A DNA stretch of 64,000 nt from a virus: positions 6,147 to 70,146 of IMG/VR virus record IMGVR_UViG_3300050147_000056; one strand, given 5' to 3'. Both the position numbers and the translations under genes were made by a program. Under the pieces are notes generated by a model. That model worked only from the letters and a program-made list of their open reading frames with translations, was not told where the DNA came from and ran no database searches. Below, one piece after another: positions 8,730-17,654 of the stretch (within the stretch, counting starts at the first letter, position 1; the number at the start of each line of letters is the position of its first letter).

Positions 8730-9121
8730 TTAATATTGTAGCTTACACTACCATTGTAATGGCTTTAGTATTTAGTGTTATGGCTATCTTTCATTGCATA
8801 CTGTTAGTAAAGAGTACTAAACCATACAAGTTTTACACCATATACTTACGTGCCTCATTAACTGTACCTGAAGGTAACTTATTAAAAAGCTTACTCAGTA
8901 ACCAACCACTAATACACGTAATAGTAAAACAGGGTTATGTGTTTATTACCCGTAAACGTATGCTGGCAGATCCCTTAGAATGTATTCCTGCAGGAGAAGA
9001 TATTCCTGTATTAAAAGGTACATTCTCTGAAATAGTAAACTGGTTATTAACCCTACCAGAAACCGCTGTGTTTATTTCAGACACTACGTATACAGCCAGC
9101 GAACCATTCATACAGGAGTAA
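8726..9121 (+). CDS. array paralog 18 with N-terminal hydrophobic (TM-like) segment
   Basis: hydrophobic N-terminus, then LTVPEGNLLKSLL...PVLKGTFSEIVNWLL...YTASE. Confidence 0.8.
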   Translation: MINIVAYTTIVMALVFSVMAIFHCILLVKSTKPYKFYTIYLRASLTVPEGNLLKSLLSNQPLIHVIVKQGYVFITRKRMLADPLECIPAGEDIPVLKGTFSEIVNWLLTLPETAVFISDTTYTASEPFIQE

Positions 9122-9126
9122 ACTTT

Positions 9127-9363
9127 ATGGCTATATTCTCTAAAGTATTTACTTGTAGTAATCTTACAGTAGCTGACCTAGATATGTTAATGCTATTAGG
9201 CTTGATTAGGGATTACGATCACTACGGTAAACATTGTAGTATTTACACTTCCTATAATGTAGATAGAAGACTACTAGTTGTAGATCATTATATATGCTTC
9301 TTACCTATAGCAGAGATTATTATAATCTTAGCCAAGGCCAAAGAAGAAAATGTACTGTTGTAG
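9127..9363 (+). CDS. possible degenerate array paralog 19
   Basis: NLTVADLDMLMLLG...IAEIIIILAK; lacks the conserved Gly motif. Confidence 0.55.
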   Translation: MAIFSKVFTCSNLTVADLDMLMLLGLIRDYDHYGKHCSIYTSYNVDRRLLVVDHYICFLPIAEIIIILAKAKEENVLL

Positions 9364-9816
9364 TCGCGTCTTCCCTCGACACCGCATTTCAATCGTAAAG
9401 TCTACGACTTTACTCAATCATGCTGCTCGTCCAGACGCTCATAGAGAAGAAGTAGCTAGAAGCTCATAGGAAGCTCTACACGCCTCTCTAAGCACTAATT
9501 GGATGAATCGTACCTCCTACCCTCATTACACCCCTCTAATCGCTTCCTATAGCCATAGAACACGTAGTGCCGCAAGCGAACGCTAGTGAGCGTTAGCGAG
9601 TACGTAGTGTTCTTGGCGTATAGGAAGCTGAATGAAGAAATAAATCCCTACTCAAAACACCTATAATATATAGGGACTTTTTATACCAAATTCTTGAATA
9701 GAATCAAATACTTACGTAACTCATTTTTATACACCCAAGTGTAAAAAGAAAAAAAAAATATACATTACTGTATATTTTTAAGTTACTCTCAAGATCTGAC
9801 TCTGGAGATATGCAAC
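9364..9816. promoter_or_regulatory. structured non-coding region, candidate replication origin/control region
   Basis: long imperfect hairpins 9366-9437 and 9542-9628, IHF-consensus AATCAAATACTTA 9702-9714, AT-rich inverted repeats ~9724-9780. Confidence 0.55.
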
Positions 9817-10251
9817 ATGGCGCAGCTTACTATTGACCTAGATATAGGTCAAGACTTTAGCATTACCTCAAGTAAACCAAGACATCACGTCTTTCCTTTT
9901 TCTGCTATTGGGAGACCGTCAATGAATAGCAAACTTCCATCCTTTGATACGGGTGCAGTGCTGATGCACCTAAGCACTATAGCCACATGGATGTTCTGGA
10001 CACTGGAATCTCAACTACACAGAGATCGTAAGACCAACATATGTGTGCTTAACAAGTCTCACTTGCCTAAAGAAGAGGCAGGAAGAATCCAACGAGCTTA
10101 CGTAGAGCTTTGCGCAGCTAAGCTGATAGTACGTATTGCTCCCCACACCTACCTTATGAATCCTGCAGCAATGCTTCCTGAATTCTCACAGTGCGAAACT
10201 GTTTGGCTTCATTGGGAAAAAGCTAGGACTTCTAAGAATCTACCTATTTAA
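9817..10251 (+). CDS. RepL-like winged-helix DNA-binding protein
   Basis: IQRAYVELCAAKLIVRIAPHTYLMNP resembles the RepL-type wHTH wing (Y.hNP); GGAG RBS. Confidence 0.55.
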   Translation: MAQLTIDLDIGQDFSITSSKPRHHVFPFSAIGRPSMNSKLPSFDTGAVLMHLSTIATWMFWTLESQLHRDRKTNICVLNKSHLPKEEAGRIQRAYVELCAAKLIVRIAPHTYLMNPAAMLPEFSQCETVWLHWEKARTSKNLPI

Positions 10252-10265
10252 GCCAAGGAGTAACC

Positions 10266-11438
10266 ATGCTTAATGAAGCTCAAGAGAATGCAGTCTTACA
10301 GATGACTACATTCTTAATGAAACCAGATCAATTCATGGTTTTAGAAGGTCCTGCAGGGTCTGGTAAGACGACAGTAGTGAAAGAGTTCTTAGCCAAGCTA
10401 CCTGTAGGAATGGATGCAGCTAGATGCTTAGGTAAGCCAATGTTAGGTCATGTATTGACTGCTACCACTCATGCAGCAGCAGCACAGCTAGCACTGGCTA
10501 CCCATGAAAACGTGTCTACAGTGCATTCAGCACTGCTACTGACCTGCTCTAAGATTGGAGATAAACTGAAGTTCTTCAAATCCAGTAAACAACACCACAA
10601 CATCCTGTTGATTGTTGATGAAGCCTCATACATTGATGAAGAATTCTTTGGGTTAATCAAAGATTCCATCTGCTCAAAGAGCAAAGTTATTTTCATTGGT
10701 GATGCTGCTCAGCTACCTCCTGTAGGCTCAAGCAACTCAATGGTATTTAACTCTGGATTCCCTTCAGTTTCATTAACCAAGGTAATGAGAAGTAACGGAG
10801 CTATTGGTGAATTAACCTTGGCTTTACGTGCAGCAGTGATTAATCAAATCCCTCCTAAGTTACCTGTAGGTGGGGGTAACATCACCTACCTTAGTGCAAG
10901 CGACTTTAAAGAGAAGATGCGACTGAACTACGCAGATGACCCTCGAAAGGCTTTGTTCACTTGTTATACCAACATGACTGCACTCGCGGCTAACCGGTAC
11001 ATCCAAGACAACCTACATGGTGTGCCTTTACCTAAAGTAGGAGATTTAATGCTTTACAAAGACGAGTCTGTTGTACACGTCAAGAAGGGTAACTTGCTGT
11101 TGGTCACTAACGTGCATACGACAAAACATGATCGGGATATTGAGTACACCTCAGTAACGTTTGGTAATGTCACTTTTCGTATACCTACAGACATTGATTA
11201 CGTACTTAAAAAACGTAAGTCCTCACCCGGTGAAAAACATTATCAAAACTACAAAGACATCCGTCATTCTTATGCAATGACAGTACACACTGCTCAAGGC
11301 TCTACCTATGAAAACGTGTTTTTAGATCTCAGTGATCTCTCCCAATGCCGCGATTGGAAGCTCAAACGTAGACTGCTTTACGTAGCCTGTTCCAGAGCTT
11401 CTAAGCACCTCTACCTTACTGGTGAATACAAGGAGTAA
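10266..11438 (+). CDS. SF1 Dda/RecD-like DNA helicase
   Basis: GPAGSGKT, VDEAS, GDAAQLPPV, YAMTVHTAQGSTY, YVACSRA. Confidence 0.93.
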   Translation: MLNEAQENAVLQMTTFLMKPDQFMVLEGPAGSGKTTVVKEFLAKLPVGMDAARCLGKPMLGHVLTATTHAAAAQLALATHENVSTVHSALLLTCSKIGDKLKFFKSSKQHHNILLIVDEASYIDEEFFGLIKDSICSKSKVIFIGDAAQLPPVGSSNSMVFNSGFPSVSLTKVMRSNGAIGELTLALRAAVINQIPPKLPVGGGNITYLSASDFKEKMRLNYADDPRKALFTCYTNMTALAANRYIQDNLHGVPLPKVGDLMLYKDESVVHVKKGNLLLVTNVHTTKHDRDIEYTSVTFGNVTFRIPTDIDYVLKKRKSSPGEKHYQNYKDIRHSYAMTVHTAQGSTYENVFLDLSDLSQCRDWKLKRRLLYVACSRASKHLYLTGEYKE

Positions 11439-11440
11439 CC

Positions 11441-13223
11441 ATGCGTCATATCAGCTTCACACAGCAGCCTAGCTACGCTGTAGCTATCCTGATCAAAGAG
11501 TCTTCCATGAATGAAGGCTCAATGCTCCAGCACTATGTCACTCCTGCTGTACAACAGGGACTAGCACTAGAATCCTTCTATGCAATCTCCTTGGCTTATA
11601 ACGGCAAGAAACTTCCTGTAAGCCTCTGCAAAGAGTATCTAGGGATGATCCTACCCACCATCAAGCAACTAGGCACTAAGACGATCCTATGCGCTGATAG
11701 CGGGTACTTCAAAGCACTCACCAAGAAAGCCAATCCGGATAGCTGTATTGGTTATGCAGTACCTTGCACCATTGTTGGATATGAAGACTTGAGTGTGATC
11801 TACACAATCAACTACTCAGCCCTAGTCTATAACCCTGACCAAGCCAGTAAGATTGTGACCTCTGTCAAAACGCTAGTCCTACACCTTGCAAATACGCTTG
11901 TAACGCTCGGTAGTGACATCATCCATCATGCAGAGTACCCAAGTACCAATAAAGCCGTTGGGGAGGCTCTAACGCGCTTACATAAGCATCCAGAGCTGAC
12001 AGTGGATATTGAGGCTTTTAGCCTTCAGCTACAGAAGGCAAAGGTGGGTACATGTTCATTCGCGTGGGACAAACACTCAGGAATGGCCTTCCTATGCGAT
12101 TACAGACCCTGTGAAGAGCAGTCTGGTATCTTTGGGTACTGTCACCCCAACAAGCCTGTCAGAGCACTTCTCAAGCAATTCTTGGAGACCTACCAAGGAA
12201 AGCTTATAGCTCACAACTCAAACTACGATTTCAAAGTCTTAATCCATGAATTATTCATGGAGCATCCTTTAGATACTGTAGGGATGCTCAAGGGTATTGA
12301 GACACTCACTAGATTGTTTGAAGATACAAAGCTTATTGCCTACTTGGCATTGAATAGCACTGCTGACGTATCCCTATCTTTGAAGTCCTTGGCTCAACCA
12401 TATGCAGGCAACTATGCAAACAGTGAGATCAAAGATATCCGTAAGATTCCACCTATGGATTTGTTGAAGTACAACCTCACAGATTGTTTATCTACTTGGT
12501 ACGTCTACGAGCAGCTTAAACCAGTCATGGTTAACGATAATCAGGAGGTCTTGTATGAGACGATGTTTAAACCGTATGTGAAAGTAATCCTACAGATGGA
12601 ATTAGTAGGAATGCCTCTAGTACCTGAAAGGGTATTGGCGTCTGAAACTAAACTACTGACTATCATCAATGAGGCTAAAGACCATGTGTTAAACCATGCA
12701 CTTACTCAAGAAGCTTTACTACTGTTAAAACAGCGTAGAGTTATCTTGGATAATGTGAAGCTCAAAACCAAGGTAAGAACTCTGGATGATTTAATTAAGA
12801 TGGAGTTCTCATTAAGTAGTGATGCTCATTTAAGAGTATTGCTGTTTGATGTAATCAAGCTGCCTGTGTTAGAAACCACAGATACTGGCTTAGCTAGTGT
12901 TTCTTACGAGCAACTGAAAAGTTTGATCAACCACGCTACTGATTCCGAACACATTGGATTAATCAATAGCATTAATCTTTGGAAGAAGGCAGACAAGATA
13001 TTAAATACCTTTATTAAGGTGTTTAAAGAAGCTACTCCCAAAGCAGATGGTCGCAATTACCTACACGGTAACTTCAATCTAGGAGGGACAGTATCTGGTA
13101 GATTAAGTAGCTCAGGGCCTAATTTACAAACAATTCCTAGTAGCTCCGAACACGCTAAGTTAATCAAACAATGCTTTGTAGCACCTAAAGGATATATCCT
13201 TGTTTATGCCGATTTTTCTTCGT
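11441..13223 (+). CDS. family A DNA polymerase, exon 1
   Basis: exonuclease DIE/HNSNYD/YNLTD motifs, TVSGRLSSSGPNLQTIP, ends in motif A YADFSS. Confidence 0.93.
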
Positions 13224-14126
13224 AAATATTGCGACCTTACACTGCAAAGTGTATTGAAAACTTCTTTAATTCGGTGAAACCCTGACCATTAAGTTGAAGG
13301 CAATACCGAGCTAAGACTTGTATATCTGTCCTCTTGTAGTTAAAGTCACTTTTTAACGGTAGAGGTGCAGACCCATGAAGCAAATCCTTAATTTCCCCAA
13401 TTACAAAATTAGTGCTGAAGGTGTTGTGTACAGTAACTACAAGTACAAAACATCGACAGTCTGTGATGTATGGAGACCTCTAGTACCTGTACTAGATAAA
13501 GGCACAGGTTACTACTTAGTGACCTTGGTTAGTAATGGTGTGCGTAAAAATCAGTTTATTCATAGACTGTTAGCGCAACATTATTTAGCCAACCCCTTAA
13601 GTAAACGTCAGGTAAACCACATAGACGGCAACAAGCAAAATAACGCATTAAGTAATCTTGAGTGGGTAACCGCAAAAGAAAACGCCAATCATGCAGTTAA
13701 GCTAGGTTTATGTGATAAGCGACGTAAAGCAACTGAAGTAGCTGTACTGCAATATAGCTGTAACGGGGTGTTACTAGCAGAACATGTATCCATACATGAA
13801 GCTGGCAGACGTACTGGTATTGCTTGGCAGAACATATCTAAAGTGCTTAGAGGTCTAAGGAAATCTGCGGGTGGGTATTACTGGATATACAAGTAAAGTG
13901 TAACGACTATCGAAAGCGTAACTGATTTATCAGTGAGTAAGTGAGTAGAGTACGGCCAAGTGGTAGGTATTCAAGTGATATTAGCTTGATGTAATCCCTT
14001 TAAACGGAAACAGGAAGCATCCTAAATGGATGGTGATATAGTCTGCTCTGTATAGAAATATACAGCAGCAACTCTTAGCAGGTAAGAGTTGCGGGTAAGT
14101 ATTAACGACACTTACTGAACATTAGG
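13224..14126 (+). mobile_element. group I intron (903 nt) in DNA polymerase motif A
   Basis: exon 1 ends in T and intron ends in G; splicing gives ADFSS-L-EDRVSAL in frame; P-like AATTCGGTGAAA, Q-like AATACCGAGC, P7 pairing GACTAT/ATAGTC. Confidence 0.9.
13375..13896 (+). CDS. intron-encoded HNH homing endonuclease (NUMOD4-HNH-NUMOD1 type)
   Basis: IHRLLA...VNHIDGNKQNNALSNLEWVT; C-terminal SIHEAGRRTGI...ISKV..G.RKSAGGY.W. Confidence 0.92.
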   Translation: MKQILNFPNYKISAEGVVYSNYKYKTSTVCDVWRPLVPVLDKGTGYYLVTLVSNGVRKNQFIHRLLAQHYLANPLSKRQVNHIDGNKQNNALSNLEWVTAKENANHAVKLGLCDKRRKATEVAVLQYSCNGVLLAEHVSIHEAGRRTGIAWQNISKVLRGLRKSAGGYYWIYK

Positions 14127-14953
14127 TAGAGGATCGTGTATCTGCACTACTAACCAAGGATAAAAATAAACTCAAAGTTTACCTTGAGGGGTACGATGGA
14201 CATTGTTTACGGGCTAAGAGTTACTTCCCCCAACATTACGTTGGAGTAGGAGACAGTGTAGAAGAAGTGAATGCTACTACAGCTACTCACAAGCACTGGA
14301 GACAGTTATCCAAAGCACCCACATTCTTGCTTACTTATGGAGGTACATTTCATGGATTAATGAATAACTGCGGCTTTGATATGCCCACTGCCAAAGCTAT
14401 TGAAAAGTCCTACCATGAGTTGTACGTGGAGTCTGATCAGTATGTAGAGAGTCGTCTGCAACAAGCTGCTATTGAAGGTTATGTAGACTGCGCATTTGGA
14501 TTAAGAGTACGTACACCACTCTTGGCTAGAACCATACTCAATAACAGCAAGACTCCATATGAAGCTGCTGCAGAATCAAGGACTGCTGGTAATGCTTTAG
14601 GACAGTCATGGTGTCAGTTAAATAATCGTGCTGCTATCGCATTTATGGAACGTGTGTGGGCTAGTGAATATCGTTATGACATTCTTCCCATTGCTGCAAT
14701 CCATGATGCTAATTACTTCCTAGTACGCAATAAAGTGGAAGTAGTGAAATACGTGAATGACCACTACATTCATGAAATGTTCTGGCAAGATAATCCAGAG
14801 ATTGCGCATGACTCAGTACATTTAGGAGGTGAATTAGATGTGTGTTTGGATTCGTGGGCATCACCGGTAACTATCCCAAACCATGCAAGCAGTGAAACCA
14901 TCAAGGATATTTGTTTATCTGGTATTGAGAAAATGCTTGCAGAAGGTAAGTGA
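14127..14953 (+). CDS. family A DNA polymerase, exon 2 (spliced product 869 aa)
   Basis: EDRVSALLTKDKNKLKVY..GYDGHCLRA, motif B RQLSKAPTFLLTYG, motif C IHDA. Confidence 0.92.
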
Positions 14954-14988
14954 TTATTCGGTATAGTCAATCATTCACTATTGGATGA

Positions 14989-15186
14989 TTGACTATGAAG
15001 CACTACCCACCAAACCATTATGAGTACATTACTCAGAATCTCATTCTTGAATCTGCAGAAGTACCTTACTGTCCTGTCAGAGGACACTGGATAGCTTTAG
15101 AAGGAGTACCCCTGTACACCTTGGAAGCTGCTACTAATTATGCAAAAAAGCTTAACTACTTGATAACTGCAAACCAACGAAAATAA
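14989..15186 (+). CDS. hypothetical protein
   Basis: 65-aa ORF co-oriented after polymerase. Confidence 0.55.
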   Translation: MTMKHYPPNHYEYITQNLILESAEVPYCPVRGHWIALEGVPLYTLEAATNYAKKLNYLITANQRK

Positions 15187-15216
15187 ACTGACAGTCCCAA
15201 CGAGAGGATTCCCCCT

Positions 15217-15522
15217 ATGAGTATGCAAGATCCTGATTACTGGACAATGTTAGTCACTGTACTAATTGGATTAACCAGCGGATTTGTATCTGTCACTAGA
15301 CAGATGATTGATAAGCAGGTTGTCCCTAAGTTATGGATAGCTTCACAATTTGCAGGTGTAGTGTTAATCACTGCTATTGCAATCGACATGTATCCAGTCC
15401 TGAAACCTCATTTACCTCATTGGATTACTCAATGGTTGTTTGTAGGTGTCATGGCACAGTGCGGTAGTGAATTCTTCTATGCAATGCGTAAGAAAGTCAT
15501 AGATAAAATCAAAGAGATTTAA
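15217..15522 (+). CDS. putative holin / small membrane protein
   Basis: three hydrophobic segments, basic C-terminus, GAGGA RBS. Confidence 0.55.
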   Translation: MSMQDPDYWTMLVTVLIGLTSGFVSVTRQMIDKQVVPKLWIASQFAGVVLITAIAIDMYPVLKPHLPHWITQWLFVGVMAQCGSEFFYAMRKKVIDKIKEI

Positions 15523-15540
15523 TTCCTTGGTTTAATCAAG

Positions 15541-15563
15541 ACCGCACTGTCGTGCGGTTTTTT
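15541..15563 (+). terminator. intrinsic terminator
   Basis: ACCGCAC-TGTC-GTGCGGT followed by a T run. Confidence 0.8.
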
Positions 15564-15575
15564 GATTATTGAACC

Positions 15576-15845
15576 ATGAGTAATGTAATGGCTCGCTACA
15601 CACTTCGAGTGTCTGCTCAACGCACAATCATTCTGCTTCAACTCATGAAGTCTCAGTACCCAAGACGGGTATCCATTCAGCAATACTTAGATGCGTTGCC
15701 TGATGTTGCTATACGCACAATCCAAAGAGACCTGCACAACTATGCTGCTGCAGGGATCGTTAAATCAGACGGTGAATGTCCAGCAGGATGGTCACTAACA
15801 GAAGAAGGTAAGAGCCTTCTAGGAGTAAACAATGATCCAGTTTAA
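15576..15845 (+). CDS. winged HTH DNA-binding protein
   Basis: VAIRTIQRDL...AGIV HTH pattern. Confidence 0.7.
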   Translation: MSNVMARYTLRVSAQRTIILLQLMKSQYPRRVSIQQYLDALPDVAIRTIQRDLHNYAAAGIVKSDGECPAGWSLTEEGKSLLGVNNDPV

Positions 15846-16356
15846 ATTGCTTAATGAGAAAGCAATCCTCCCTACCCGTGCTACCACTACGGCAGCAGGC
15901 TTTGATATGTCTGCTCCTGAGTCTGTAGTGATCCCTGCAGGTCAATCCTATTGGATTCCTAGTGGTGTAGCTATGGCTATCCCGCAAGGCTATGTGGGGC
16001 TTGTATGGCCTCGTAGTGGCCTAGCCTACAAGCACTCCATTGATACTCTTGGTGGTGTCATTGATTCTGACTACCGTGGTGAAGTAAAGATTGGTCTGAT
16101 CAATCATGGCTTAGATCCTATTGAGATCAAAGCAGGTGATCGTATCTGTCAGTTAGTAGTACAACCATATGAATCTCGCGCTATGCAGGTATCAGAGCTT
16201 CCTGAAGCCTTCTCTAACCGTACTGGTGGCTTTGGCAGTACTGGCTTACAAAGCCTCACCACAACGCCTGTAGTGTTATCCAAGTGCATCCCAACTTCAC
16301 TAGCAGAAGTCCAGACATTTTGGGCAGAGCGTAACAAGGATACCTGCCATGAGTAA
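15832..16356 (+). CDS. dut: dUTPase (trimeric)
   Basis: AGFDM, PRSGLA, GVIDSDYRGE, RICQL, RTGGFGSTG. Confidence 0.95.
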   Translation: MIQFKLLNEKAILPTRATTTAAGFDMSAPESVVIPAGQSYWIPSGVAMAIPQGYVGLVWPRSGLAYKHSIDTLGGVIDSDYRGEVKIGLINHGLDPIEIKAGDRICQLVVQPYESRAMQVSELPEAFSNRTGGFGSTGLQSLTTTPVVLSKCIPTSLAEVQTFWAERNKDTCHE

Positions 16357-16672
16357 CGACATTCACCTTGATTTAAGAAGTGTTGGTTTTACTGCTGTCG
16401 TAAACGGTAACGAAGTAGTGTGTAGTAGCAAACCTACGGCAAGAGGTACTTATTGGAAAACATGGATTCCTCTATCTCATTACATTGAAAACCGTATTGC
16501 AGCATCCTTGGTAAATAAATACGCGATAGGTAAATTTAACAAAAACGGTGTACTTATTAAGCATAAAAAGCTTGGAGAGTATATCCGTAAGAAACATCCT
16601 GAAATTTGGGAACAAATATCTGCAGCCTCTAAAAAGATAGCGGCAAGTGATAAGGAGACTGGTTATGAGTAA
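16349..16672 (+). CDS. hypothetical protein
   Basis: 107-aa ORF with AAGGA RBS. Confidence 0.65.
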   Translation: MSNDIHLDLRSVGFTAVVNGNEVVCSSKPTARGTYWKTWIPLSHYIENRIAASLVNKYAIGKFNKNGVLIKHKKLGEYIRKKHPEIWEQISAASKKIAASDKETGYE

Positions 16673-16808
16673 TGACTATGATGATGACTCATGTCATGCA
16701 GTATCAGGGCCGGGATCAAGCAACTGTTGTAAAGCCCGCTGTGTCGTTGCAATGCTGCTTGGAGATAATGTGGATGTACCTAATGAACTTTGTGGGGGAA
16801 ATCCATGA
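16665..16808 (+). CDS. short NinX/DUF2591 C-terminus-like ORF (47 aa; not in ORF track)
   Basis: AGGAG RBS; ARCVVAMLLGDNVDVPNEL resembles NinX tail; ATGA-coupled to next ORF. Confidence 0.45.
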   Translation: MSNDYDDDSCHAVSGPGSSNCCKARCVVAMLLGDNVDVPNELCGGNP

Positions 16809-16948
16809 TTTCCTTTCTACTGTACTTTATCGGGTGCTGCTACATTATTGCGGGTACGAGTTATCAGTTGAATCACGCAACAGGACTTGTCTTTATCGGT
16901 ACGCTACTGATTGCAGGTACTTTCTTAGTGGACATCAACAAACCATGA
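16805..16948 (+). CDS. small membrane protein (47 aa; not in ORF track)
   Basis: MISFLLYFIGCCYIIAG...GLVFIGTLLIAGTFLV; ATGA overlaps at both ends. Confidence 0.5.
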   Translation: MISFLLYFIGCCYIIAGTSYQLNHATGLVFIGTLLIAGTFLVDINKP

Positions 16949-17211
16949 GCTTTTATTGTGTTACTGATGAAGGTCGATTGAGCAAAGCCTGTGACAGCCT
17001 AGAACAATACAGTATCCAGAACGGTACTAAGTTTCGTGGGTTGCATCTCCAGCGGCGGCGCAACCTAGATACCGGAGCTACTCGTCTGGCTGCACACCTA
17101 AGAGTTTCAGGTATTGCTCAGAATCTGATGCTTAATTACTGCCCATTTTGTGGAACAGTGATTAGTCCGGATCGGTATCAGGAGCTGAGTGAGGTGGAGA
17201 ATGAAAGCTAA
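16945..17211 (+). CDS. Zn-ribbon protein (88 aa)
   Basis: C..C and NYCPFCG; start at ATGA overlap 16945. Confidence 0.6.
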   Translation: MSFYCVTDEGRLSKACDSLEQYSIQNGTKFRGLHLQRRRNLDTGATRLAAHLRVSGIAQNLMLNYCPFCGTVISPDRYQELSEVENES

Positions 17212-17224
17212 GGAGTAACAGAAA

Positions 17225-17389
17225 ATGGACTTCATCATGGTACTGCGTCCTAGCGACATAGTAGGTGCGCTTATCTGGACAACCATCATCCTTGCCGCTA
17301 TTTGGCTATGGATTAGTTCACTAATCTATAAGCGACAAATGGCAAAGCAACGGGCAAATACTCAAAGGAGTAAAGAGAATCATGAGTAA
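17225..17389 (+). CDS. small membrane protein (54 aa; not in ORF track)
   Basis: AGGAG RBS; one TM segment with basic tail. Confidence 0.55.
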   Translation: MDFIMVLRPSDIVGALIWTTIILAAIWLWISSLIYKRQMAKQRANTQRSKENHE

Positions 17390-17654
17390 AGCACCCTACA
17401 CGTACATCACAACCTACTCAACAGACAAAGGCGACGGTACTACGGTATATACTACGGCATTGCCTATGACTGCAGAGTGCGTTATGCACCTTAAAGAGAT
17501 GATCAAAAAGCAGCATGACGTAGATGTAGTTGAATTCCAAAACATCAACCTTATTGGATTCCCTAACCAGACAGGATACAGCCAATGGCTAAGCTTCTTA
17601 TTGATGTTGACAGCGGCAATGCTAGCTGCCATGACGACTTTAGCTTTGAGCTAG
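17382..17654 (+). CDS. hypothetical protein
   Basis: AGGAG RBS, 90 aa. Confidence 0.55.
   Translation: MSKAPYTYITTYSTDKGDGTTVYTTALPMTAECVMHLKEMIKKQHDVDVVEFQNINLIGFPNQTGYSQWLSFLLMLTAAMLAAMTTLALS

Larger units (their letters stand above)
3437..9363 (+). repeat. tandem array of 18-19 diverged paralogous ~100-aa genes
   Basis: shared pattern LxxL(S/T)xxExxLLxxLLx(I/V)P...PxhxGxLx(E/Q)hLxxL...YxAxxL in consecutive, mostly translationally coupled ORFs. Confidence 0.9.

Noticed and set aside
3437-9363. Array as an integron cassette array, CRISPR array or DGR target set
   Set aside because: Genes overlap directly with no attC-like spacers or DNA repeats; no integrase, cas or reverse transcriptase gene in the window.
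11441-14953. Polymerase as a pseudogene or two separate subunits
   Set aside because: Group I core elements and a precise in-frame T/G junction explain the break.
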